A DNA stretch of 64,000 bases from Desulfovibrio sp. (lineage in GTDB: Bacteria > Desulfobacterota > Desulfovibrionia > Desulfovibrionales > Desulfovibrionaceae), in assembly GCA_047602655.1 (NCBI GenBank), contig JASGGT010000001.1, forward strand, positions 5,453-69,452. Reading direction: 5' to 3'. The position numbers were made by a program, and so were the translations under genes. Below, in pieces: positions 36,043 to 44,169 of this stretch; within the stretch, counting starts at the first letter, position 1, and each line of letters opens with the position of its first letter. Below the pieces are notes generated by a model that saw only the letters and a list, made by a program, of their open reading frames with translations, had not been told where the DNA came from and made no database searches.

Positions 36043-37803
36043 CTACACCTCCACCGCGACATCTGGCGGAGTAAGCGGCAGGGTGATGCTTATGGTGCTG
36101 CCCCGCCCTTCTTCGCTTTGCACGTGAATTTCGCCGCCAAGCTTGCGCACGATGCCGTAGGTGATGAACATGCCGAGCCCGGTTCCCTTGTCTTTTTTGG
36201 TGGAGTAAAACGGCTCAAAAATATGCCGGAGCACTTCGGGCGACATGCCCTTGCCGTTGTCCTGCACACTCACCAGCATCTGTCCGTTCTGGCTTTGACA
36301 GCGTATTTTAACAAAACGCTCTTCGCCCTGCGGGGTCTGCGTGCTCCCTTCGCCACCGGCCAGCGCGTCCAGCGCATTACCCACGATATTGAGGAACACC
36401 TGCTGCAACTGCCCCCTGTCCGACACAATTTCCGGCAGGTTGGGCGGCAGCTCCGCTTCAAGTTTGACGCCCCGGTTCTTGGCTTCGCGCTCAAGAAAAC
36501 CAAGGGTTTCTGAAATAACTTCTTCTATGTGCAGGGCCTGACGGTTGGCTTCCATGCGGCGGGCAAAGCCCAGCAATCTGTGGGTAATGCCGCGCGCGCG
36601 TTCCACTGTGCTTTCAATGCCTTCCAGCAGTGCGCAGAGCCTTTCCTTGTCCTTGCCATCGCCGCACACCTTGCCCATGCTCAGAAGATCCTGGGCAAGC
36701 CCCGCCTTTTCGTAAATGACGGCCAGCGGATTATTGACCTCATGGGCCACACCAGCAGCCAGCCGACCGATGGACGAAAGCTTCTGGTTGTGCTCCATCT
36801 GGGCAAAAACAGCGACCCGGCGTTCATCGCTGGCCTGCAACCGGTTGATAAGCTGCTGCATGAGCAGATTCGACACCATAAATATCAGGGCAATGCCGCC
36901 GCACAAGACCAGCAGCAATTCCGTACGCAGGGCCAGCCAGGGACGGATGGCGTCTTCCGTGGGCTTGACGGCCATCAGCATGAAATCCGTGCCCGCCAGT
37001 GTGCACGAGGCCACCATGAGCTGCCTGCCCTTGGGGTCTGTGATGCGGCGCACCACTGTTTCGTGCGAGGCAGGGGGCAGATCCATGGGCAGTTTTTCGA
37101 GCGCTTTGCCGAAAAGGTTGGAATCCGTTTGCAGCACGCCTTCCGTGTCCACAAGAAACACGTCAGTATCATGCTCCGGCCCGACGGTGGACACAACCTG
37201 CTGGATGCGCAGGGTATCTGTGGCCACGCGCAACGTCCACGAGACTCCGTTTTCTTCAAGCCTGTGCACTGCCACAACAAGGTGCGGATACCCGCGATAC
37301 CCCAGAATCGCGTTGCTGAGGTAGCGTCCCTTTATCTCGGTATCGCGCAGCCAGGGCTTGCCCGCGTAATCCACGCCCTTGAGCTTGTAAGGCCCCACAT
37401 AGCCAACTTGCTGGCCGTCCGCGTCCACCAGGCCCATATCCACAAAGCCCTGATATTCGCTCTTGAGGGCCAGAAACACTCGGTTGAGAGTTCGCTCGTC
37501 CAGCAAATCCTTGAAAGTGTAAGCGTGGGCCAGAAAACTCACCGTGGAAACACGCTCGCCAAGGTACAGTTCCAGCGCCGCCTGCGACTTGCGGGCCAGG
37601 GCGTACACCGGGCTTTCCAGTTCGCGCTCAAGGGTACGCATGTACTGCACATGGCTGATGGCCGAGAGCAGCAGCAGCGGCGTAACCGAAACGGCCACCA
37701 TGAGCACTGTCATCAGCCGCCGCAACGAGCGGTACCGAGCCGGAGACACTGCCTCCGGAACTTCCAGCAGATGCGCGAGATAGTTTTTTATCTTGGCAAA
37801 CAT
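36043..37803 (-). CDS. sensor histidine kinase with a periplasmic Cache-type domain
   Basis: Two TM helices bracket a periplasmic region of about 270 aa. H-box AAGVAHEVNNPLAVI, N-box FLNIVGNALDA, G-boxes DNGKGM and GTGLGM. Start set at ATG 37803 after GGAGGG. Confidence 0.85.
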   Translation of the reverse strand: MFAKIKNYLAHLLEVPEAVSPARYRSLRRLMTVLMVAVSVTPLLLLSAISHVQYMRTLERELESPVYALARKSQAALELYLGERVSTVSFLAHAYTFKDLLDERTLNRVFLALKSEYQGFVDMGLVDADGQQVGYVGPYKLKGVDYAGKPWLRDTEIKGRYLSNAILGYRGYPHLVVAVHRLEENGVSWTLRVATDTLRIQQVVSTVGPEHDTDVFLVDTEGVLQTDSNLFGKALEKLPMDLPPASHETVVRRITDPKGRQLMVASCTLAGTDFMLMAVKPTEDAIRPWLALRTELLLVLCGGIALIFMVSNLLMQQLINRLQASDERRVAVFAQMEHNQKLSSIGRLAAGVAHEVNNPLAVIYEKAGLAQDLLSMGKVCGDGKDKERLCALLEGIESTVERARGITHRLLGFARRMEANRQALHIEEVISETLGFLEREAKNRGVKLEAELPPNLPEIVSDRGQLQQVFLNIVGNALDALAGGEGSTQTPQGEERFVKIRCQSQNGQMLVSVQDNGKGMSPEVLRHIFEPFYSTKKDKGTGLGMFITYGIVRKLGGEIHVQSEEGRGSTISITLPLTPPDVAVEV

Positions 37804-37895
37804 GCGCCCTCCAAGGTCTGCGCCGCAGCCAGGCCCGCTGGTGCGGTTCAGCTCCACGGCGGCACGTTCCCCGGCCCCGTAAGGCAAAACCCCGA

Positions 37896-38324
37896 CTAAT
37901 GGCCGCCAGCCACCAGAACGCCCGAAGCCGCAAGGCTGAGCACCAACACTTCAAGCACGGCAATAATCGTCATAATCCACTGCTTCTGGCGCACAAGACT
38001 GATCGCAAGCTGCACAAAGCAGATGATGGTGAGCGCCGCAAGAAAAGCGATACCAATGAAATTGCATATATCGCCCTAGCCCACAAGGGCAAGCCAGCCC
38101 CACCCTTGAGGAATATTGCCCGCTGCGCGATAGGCGGCGGCATTCTGGCTCCACAGGCGCGGCATTTCGTCCAGCGGAACCTGCGGCGTCAGCACGCCGA
38201 AGACGTAGAGCGCGTAGGTAACAAGCATTGCCACAAAACCCAGCAGCGCGCCGTAGAACAGGGTGTCTGCATAGCGCAGTTGCGCGGGGGAGGCCTTTAT
38301 GTCGTTCTTCAGATCAGTGGTCAT
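37896..38324 (-). pseudogene. small 3-TM membrane protein (DUF1634-like by size and context) with an in-frame TAG
   Basis: An 82-codon ORF ends at TAG (38076-38078). The same frame stays open for 59 more codons that encode two further TM helices (ICNFIGIAFLAALTIICFVQLAI; IMTIIAVLEVLVLSLAASGVLVA) before TAG at 37896. Confidence 0.5.
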
Positions 38325-38361
38325 TGTTTTCTCCCTTCAGTTCAAGCGTATCCGGTGCGGA

Positions 38362-39492
38362 TTACCAGCCGAGGCCCTTCATGAGGGCTTTGGCCCCGGA
38401 GAAGAAGAGCACGCCAATAACCATGTAGCGGATGAACTTGGGCTTGGCCTTGGCAAGCAGCCGCACACCCACCACAGAACCCAGCATGAGGCCAACGATG
38501 GAAGGAACGGCCATGAGCGGGATAACGCAGCCCTGGTTCAGATACACCCAGGCGGCAGACGTGTCAGTAATGGAAAGCAGGAATTTGGAGGTACCCACGG
38601 CCACCTTGAGGGGCGCGCCCATGAGCAGGTTGAGCACAGGCACGTTGGCCCAGCCAGCGCCAAGGCCGAACATGCCCGCCATGATGCCGATGGCGATGAA
38701 CAGCAGCAGGCCTGCCAGGGTGCGGTGGGTTTTCCACTCCACCACTTCACCGGTGCTGGGTTCAAGGAAAACGCCGTTCATGCCGAGCGCAAGACCTATG
38801 GCGTCCTGCTTGGTCACTACCGGGCGCACGGAATTTTTGGAAAGCAGCAGCAGCACGGCAATGCCAAGGATGGTCGCGCCAAGGCAGGTCTGAATGACGT
38901 TGGTCGGCAGTGCCAGGCCGAGCATTGCGCCAACGATGGCGCAGGCCGAGGCGATCAGCGCCACAGGCAGGGCCAGGCGCAGGTTGGCGAAGTTACGCCG
39001 CAACAGACCGGGGCCAGCGGCCAGCGCGCCTGCAAGGGCCACCAGCAGGCCAGCACCTCGCACAAAGTCGAGGTGAAAGGGGAAAAACCCGCTCACCAGC
39101 GGCACAAACAGAACGCCGCCGCCCACACCGGCCATAACGGCGATCACGCCGAGGATAAAACAGAAAAACAGCAGAGCCAGCGGCCAGTACCACCAAGGAT
39201 GGTTGTCTACAGCCACCGCTTCAGGCGCTTGCGAAGCAGCGGGAGCGGCTTCGGCGGGAGCGGCCTGCACCGAAGTATCGGCGGCAGCCACAGCCACAAA
39301 AGACTGGGTCTGGGTTTGAGCGGCATTTTCAGCCTGCGCCGTTACGGCGGCCTGAGCAGCCGGAAGGGCCTCAGCGGCCTGCGCCGACACCGGACAGGCA
39401 AGCCACAGGCACAATGCCACGGGCAGCAGAATGAACTTCACCACAAAATTCTCAGCCCCGCTCTTCAGGGTTCTTTGGAAATCAAAAGCCAT
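38362..39492 (-). CDS. TauE/SafE (TSUP) family anion permease with an N-terminal signal peptide and an A/Q-rich extension
   Basis: Start ATG 39492 after AGGGGGA. Signal peptide FILLPVALCLWLACPVSAQA, about 70 aa of low-complexity sequence, then a TSUP core (GVIAVMAGVGGGVLFVPL...GSVVGVRLLAK). Confidence 0.8.
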   Translation of the reverse strand: MAFDFQRTLKSGAENFVVKFILLPVALCLWLACPVSAQAAEALPAAQAAVTAQAENAAQTQTQSFVAVAAADTSVQAAPAEAAPAASQAPEAVAVDNHPWWYWPLALLFFCFILGVIAVMAGVGGGVLFVPLVSGFFPFHLDFVRGAGLLVALAGALAAGPGLLRRNFANLRLALPVALIASACAIVGAMLGLALPTNVIQTCLGATILGIAVLLLLSKNSVRPVVTKQDAIGLALGMNGVFLEPSTGEVVEWKTHRTLAGLLLFIAIGIMAGMFGLGAGWANVPVLNLLMGAPLKVAVGTSKFLLSITDTSAAWVYLNQGCVIPLMAVPSIVGLMLGSVVGVRLLAKAKPKFIRYMVIGVLFFSGAKALMKGLGW

Positions 39493-39599
39493 TGTTTCCC
39501 CCTTGCGGCCTTTTGCCGACGCAAGTTTATTTACGGTCAGCCCAAGGTAGGTTGGAAAGGGGGTGGGCGCTATCAGGAGAATCCTGATTTGTGAAATAA

Positions 39600-40244
39600 T
39601 GACTAAGGGATTTCCCCAGAGGGGTAAGGGGAAAGGGATTTCGCCTCCCCGGCGGGGATTATTATTTTTTCCCTTCGGCACGCATTCCGCCTCCTGGCGG
39701 AGTTTGGGACGCCTGCGCGGCGTGCGGCAAGGTGGGGCCGGTTATGGGGCTCCGCCCCCTCCGCGGCCCCCCTGCATCCCCCGAACACCCCTGAGGTTTT
39801 CAACTTCCATTGCGTGGCGAGGGCACGCGTCTCCTGCTGCGGGAGCTTCCCTCCCTCGCTTCGCTCGCTCAGGCGATCTCCCTCCGCGACGCGTAAATGC
39901 CATACACCACTCTCGCCTTGGATGGAACTCCGCTTCAGCCCACTATCACAGCTATAGCTGATAATTGAAAATCTCGGCGTAACTTGAACTCCGGGCCGCC
40001 ATCAGAAGCGGGTCGTGGCGTCGCCTTCCTTATACTCGCCGGAGCGGATGCGAAGGCGATGGCTGGTGTCGGGCAAATTTGCAAAATACGTATTTTGTGG
40101 CCTGAAAAGGAAGCGCCGGGATTTTGAGCGCAGCGTACTCAAGTACGTGAGCATCAAAATCCCGGCGCTGACGCATTCAGGCGCAAAAGTCGGGTTTGCG
40201 TAAATGGGGCTGACAGGCTCACCCACCCCCATCAGACTCTCCCC
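39600..40244 (-). repeat. non-coding mosaic repeat, copy B (inverted partner of 15420-16376)
   Basis: Reverse-complement match to copy A, for example GGGGAGAG...GGTGGGGGTGAGCCTGTCAG and GCATTTACGCG.CGCGGAGGGAGATCGCCTGA. Contains a 15-bp perfect stem GCGCCGGGATTTTGA/TCAAAATCCCGGCGC. Confidence 0.8.
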
Positions 40245-40312
40245 TGCTTTTCTGCCTTCTCTGCCTTTTCTGCCTTTTCTGTCTGTGCCTTTCCAGCCTT
40301 GCAGCCCGGCAC

Positions 40313-40999
40313 CTACACCTTCACTAGCCCGTGCCGGATGGCGATTTTAACCAGATCGCCCACAGACCCGGCCTGCAGCTTGGTAAGCAGATTGTACTTG
40401 TGGGTTTCCACAGTCTTGGGGCTGATATACAACTCAGCGGCAATGCTCTTGACGCTCTTGCCGTCGGCCAGCAAGCGAAAAATCTCTTTCTCGCGTGGCG
40501 AAAGCGCGCTCAGGTCAGCCCCGGCATTCGCCGTATCGGCAGCCTCGCGCCTCTGACGCAGCATGGCTGCCACGCGCCCGCCCGGATCAGGAAAACTCAG
40601 ATAAATCTCGCCCGCGCGCACACTTTCAATAGCGCGCAGCAGCACACCTGGCGATTCAGACTTGCGCACATGCCCCATGATGCCCAGATCAATCAACTCC
40701 GGCAGCCAGCGCTGGTCCTCATGCCCGGTATAGACCAGAATTCGCGTCTGGGGCCGCACCTCAAGCACGGCGCGCCCTGTTTCAAGACCGTTCATGCCAG
40801 GCATGCCAAGGTCAAGCACCAGCAAATGCGGTTGCAGGGATGCCGCCAGCGCCACAGCCTCGCCCCCGTTCTGGGCCATGCCCACAACGCGCAGATGCCC
40901 GTAAGGCGCGAGCAGGCTGCGCACGCCCTCCATAAGCAGCTTGTGATCGTCCACCAGCAAAATGCGGCAGACCTCGCCCGGAATATCACCCATTGGCAC
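40313..40999 (-). CDS. NarL/FixJ-family response regulator (REC + LuxR HTH)
   Basis: ILLVDDHKLL...VLDLGMPGMNG...LSPREKEIFRLLADGKSVKSIAAELYISPKTVETHKYNLLTKL. Confidence 0.9.
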   Translation of the reverse strand: MPMGDIPGEVCRILLVDDHKLLMEGVRSLLAPYGHLRVVGMAQNGGEAVALAASLQPHLLVLDLGMPGMNGLETGRAVLEVRPQTRILVYTGHEDQRWLPELIDLGIMGHVRKSESPGVLLRAIESVRAGEIYLSFPDPGGRVAAMLRQRREAADTANAGADLSALSPREKEIFRLLADGKSVKSIAAELYISPKTVETHKYNLLTKLQAGSVGDLVKIAIRHGLVKV

Positions 41000-41034
41000 G
41001 GCTTTGCGGCTCTCGCAGCTGATGTTTCGGCCAA

Positions 41035-41184
41035 CTAGGGCCTGTTAACACTATGAGAAATTTTGTTCTCTGCCATGGAAGGAATCCTTTTTATGAAGGG
41101 AGTATACGCTTCGGTATTCGACCGGAATAAAAGGATTCCTGACGCAGGCAGGGGGAAAAAGAGCCATGGTGTTAACAGGCCCTA
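41035..41184 (-). mobile_element. MITE-like hairpin element, copy 1 (TA-flanked, 14-bp perfect TIRs)
   Basis: TA-GGGCCTGTTAACAC...GTGTTAACAGGCCC-TA. Inner inverted repeat GGAATCCTTTTTAT/ATAAAAGGATTCC. Homologous to 52490-52628 and 54781-54927. Confidence 0.7.
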
Positions 41185-41241
41185 ATGCAGCAGGAGCCGC
41201 AGGGACATACTCACCCAAACGCCCCAAGGGTGACAAATTTT

Positions 41242-42693
41242 TTATAAAATGAACAGAGAGGCCATGCCCAAAAAGATAAAAAAGCCTGCGCCGTCGGTGA
41301 TGGTGGTGAGAAAAATGCTTGAAGCCTGCGCGGGGTCACGCCCCAGCGCCCGAAAAATAAGCGGAATGGAACCGCCAGCCACAGCGCCCAAAAGCATGTC
41401 GCACATGAGCGCTCCGCCCATGACGCCACCCACCATGGGCAGGCCCGTGAACCACCATGCAGCGAAAAAGGCCACCACGGCCATGGCCATGCCGGTGACA
41501 ATGCCGATCTTGCCCTCGCGCACCACGGCCATCCATGCTTTTTTCTGGTCAAAACGGTCTGTGGCCAACTGGCGGATCATCACCGCCAGAGCCTGCTGCC
41601 CCGTATTGCCCGCCTGGTTTGCCACCATGGGCATGAGCACGGCCAGCACGGCCATCTGGGCGATGGAGCCCTCGAACATGTAGACCACCGAGGCCGACAG
41701 GGCGGAATTTATCATGTTCACAAACAGCCAGGGCAGGCGCTTGCGCACACTCTCAAGCCAGGGGGTATCCACGCTTTCTTCCGGGTCGGCACCCACCATG
41801 CCCAGCATGTCGGCGCTGGCTTCTTCGTGCATGATGTCCATGATATCGTCATAGGTGACCACGCCGAGAATATGTCCCTCGTTGTCCACAACGGGCATGG
41901 CCATAAAATTGTAGTGCGAGAGCAGGCTTGCCACTTCGCGCTCGTCCGTATCATAGGTGACGCTGACAACGCTCTGGCCCGAAACCGCGTCGCCCACGAT
42001 GGTGCCGGGCCGCGCCAGCATGAGGTCGCGCAGCGAAAGCACGCCCACAAGCACCTGATGCTCGTCCACCACGTAGGCGTAGTAGGGGCTTTCCTTGTCT
42101 TCCATTTCGCTGCGGATATGGGCGATAGCTTCATCTGCCGTAAAATTTCTTTCCAGCAGGATAAGCTCGGTGTTCATGACACCGCCCGCAGAATCCGGGT
42201 CAAAATTGAGCAGGTTGCGCAATTCTTCCGAATCTTCGCGGTCAAGCTTTTCCAGCAGGGCGTCGCGGTGATCCTCGTCCAGTTCGTCCAGCACGTCGGC
42301 GGCGTCGTCGGGCGACATCTCGGCAATAATCTGGGCGGCTACGTCGTCGTCCAGATTTTCCAGCACGTCCACGGCCATGTTCTCGTCCAGTTCGGCCAAC
42401 GCCTCGGCGGCGTCTTCCTTGGACATGCGGCTCAGGGTGCTGACCTGCTTTTCGAGACTCAGATTCTCAAGATGGTCGGCCATGTCAGCCGGATGCACAA
42501 ACTCTGCATCGGCGTATTCAGCGGCAAAGTCTTCATCATGGGCGTCTGGCCGCTCCGCAGCCGACAGAGGGGTCGCACTTGTGGGCAGGGTGTCTTTTTC
42601 AGACAAAAGATGGGGAAGTACTACAGGGGGCTGCGCGCTGCCGGGCTGTTCCGCAGGATCGGTACGGAATTTGTCGTTGTGCTGATCTGCCAT
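41242..42693 (-). CDS. mgtE: magnesium transporter
   Basis: 483 aa with an MgtE N-domain, tandem CBS domains and a C-terminal TM domain (PMVANQAGNTGQQAL; TITDGAGFFIFLG). Confidence 0.9.
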   Translation of the reverse strand: MADQHNDKFRTDPAEQPGSAQPPVVLPHLLSEKDTLPTSATPLSAAERPDAHDEDFAAEYADAEFVHPADMADHLENLSLEKQVSTLSRMSKEDAAEALAELDENMAVDVLENLDDDVAAQIIAEMSPDDAADVLDELDEDHRDALLEKLDREDSEELRNLLNFDPDSAGGVMNTELILLERNFTADEAIAHIRSEMEDKESPYYAYVVDEHQVLVGVLSLRDLMLARPGTIVGDAVSGQSVVSVTYDTDEREVASLLSHYNFMAMPVVDNEGHILGVVTYDDIMDIMHEEASADMLGMVGADPEESVDTPWLESVRKRLPWLFVNMINSALSASVVYMFEGSIAQMAVLAVLMPMVANQAGNTGQQALAVMIRQLATDRFDQKKAWMAVVREGKIGIVTGMAMAVVAFFAAWWFTGLPMVGGVMGGALMCDMLLGAVAGGSIPLIFRALGRDPAQASSIFLTTITDGAGFFIFLGMASLFIL

Positions 42694-42954
42694 GGCGCGC
42701 CTTTAATCCAGTCTGTAGCCGAAGTGGAACGGTCGCGCCAAGGCGCAACCCTGCAACAAGGAGCGGCAAAGCCCCGCCATGGCAACAGCCGATGGCAGCC
42801 CCCAAACCCGCACACAGTAGGCGGCACGATAATCCGGGGGACTTTTTGCCTACCCCGGCAGCCAGCCGCAAAACACTGCCGACTGTTAAGCAAAAAACGC
42901 GTGATTGTCATCAGCACGCCATGCTTGTGAAAAAACTCATGAAGTCCCGGCAGC

Positions 42955-42983
42955 TTGACGCGAAACACGGGGCATTCTATCTA
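42955..42983 (+). promoter_or_regulatory. possible sigma70-type promoter for nadC
   Basis: TTGACG (42955-42960), 17 nt, TATCTA (42978-42983). Confidence 0.3.
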
Positions 42984-43108
42984 TTACACCACACCCGTAT
43001 TGGGCAACCGCCGCAATCGGGCCATATTTACAGTCTTGCAGCGTGTGCAACGCGCGCCCTGACGGGCGAGTTTCCACTTAGCACGTGCAAGAAATGGGGA
43101 CAAGCGCA

Positions 43109-43981
43109 ATGTTCACGCCCTGGGCCGCATTTTTCTCTCCCGAAGGTCAGCGGCTACTCCAAAAATCCATCGATCTCGCTCTTGAGGAAGACGGCCCTGA
43201 AATGACCGCTCTGGGGCTTTTCGCTCCAGGATCCTCCATGAACGCCGTTATCCGCGCCAAGGAAGATACCCTGGTTGTGGGCCTGCCCGTTATCGGCGCT
43301 GTTTTCAAAAGCCTTGGCGCGCCGTTCACATGGCGCGCTCTGGTCAGGGAAGCCGCCCCAGTGCCCTCCATGACGGAGGTTGCGCACATCACGGCCCCTG
43401 CCACGGCCATGCTCAAGGCCGAACGCGTCATTCTGAACTTCATCACCCATCTTTCAGGCATTGCCAACCTCACCGCCCGCTATGTACGCGAGCTGGAAGG
43501 CACTGGCGTGCGTCTGCTCGATACCCGCAAGACCACTCCCGGTCTGCGCTGGGTCGAAAAATACGCGGTTCAGGCGGGCGGCGGGCACAACCACCGCAAA
43601 AACCTGACCGAAATGCTCATGCTCAAAGACAACCACATCGATGCCGCTGGCTCCATCACGGCGGCGGTTGCCAAACTGCGGGCGCATTACGCACACTGCC
43701 CGCCCATCGAGGTGGAGTGCCGCACCCTTGACCACGTGCGCGAAGCCGTGGCCGCCAAGGCTGACCGCATCATGATGGACAACATGGACGGCCAGCGCCT
43801 TTCCGAGGCTCTCGCCCTTGTGCCCCGCTCCATTGAAACGGAAGTGAGCGGCGGCGTGCGGCTGGATACAATCCGCGCCCTTGCGCTCACCGAGCCACGC
43901 AGGCCCGATTTCATTTCTGTGGGGCGTCTGACCCATTCCGCAGTGTCGGCTGATTTCAGCATGACCCTGCTGGCAGTGTAA
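43109..43981 (+). CDS. nadC: nicotinate-nucleotide diphosphorylase (carboxylating)
   Basis: LALEEDGPEMT, TRKTTPGLR, MLKDNHI and IMMDNM motifs. ATG at 43109 follows GGGGA. Confidence 0.9.
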   Translation: MFTPWAAFFSPEGQRLLQKSIDLALEEDGPEMTALGLFAPGSSMNAVIRAKEDTLVVGLPVIGAVFKSLGAPFTWRALVREAAPVPSMTEVAHITAPATAMLKAERVILNFITHLSGIANLTARYVRELEGTGVRLLDTRKTTPGLRWVEKYAVQAGGGHNHRKNLTEMLMLKDNHIDAAGSITAAVAKLRAHYAHCPPIEVECRTLDHVREAVAAKADRIMMDNMDGQRLSEALALVPRSIETEVSGGVRLDTIRALALTEPRRPDFISVGRLTHSAVSADFSMTLLAV

Positions 43982-44169
43982 CCGCAGCAACAGCCATGCC
44001 TGCGATCCGCTGCCATACTTCCGCACACCGCAAACTGCCAGCCGCGGAAACAGCACGCTGACCCACGGCGACAACCATACGGCGACATTGCGACAACACA
44101 GTGACATCACCGGAACAAAATTCCGCATTTGCCACTTCTTTTTTCTTACTGCCTGCTGAGGAACCTGAC

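Noticed and set aside
38076-38078. In-frame TAG read as pyrrolysine
   Set aside because: There are no pyl genes or methylamine methyltransferase context in the window, and a PYLIS-like element is not evident. A pseudogene or sequencing error is the simpler explanation.
16377-39600. The 23-kb block between the inverted repeats as a composite transposon or genomic island
   Set aside because: The block has no transposase, integrase, tRNA target or direct-repeat flanks. Its content is core metabolism with the same composition as the flanks.
42694-42950. Possible M-box (Mg2+) riboswitch upstream of mgtE
   Set aside because: I could not find M-box conserved elements on the minus strand. The region looks like ordinary GC-rich leader.
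44000-44169. Possible NAD+ (nadA-motif) riboswitch upstream of nadA
   Set aside because: Only vague ACAAC-type similarity, and no paired tandem-domain structure could be drawn. I report it only as a repeated DNA motif.
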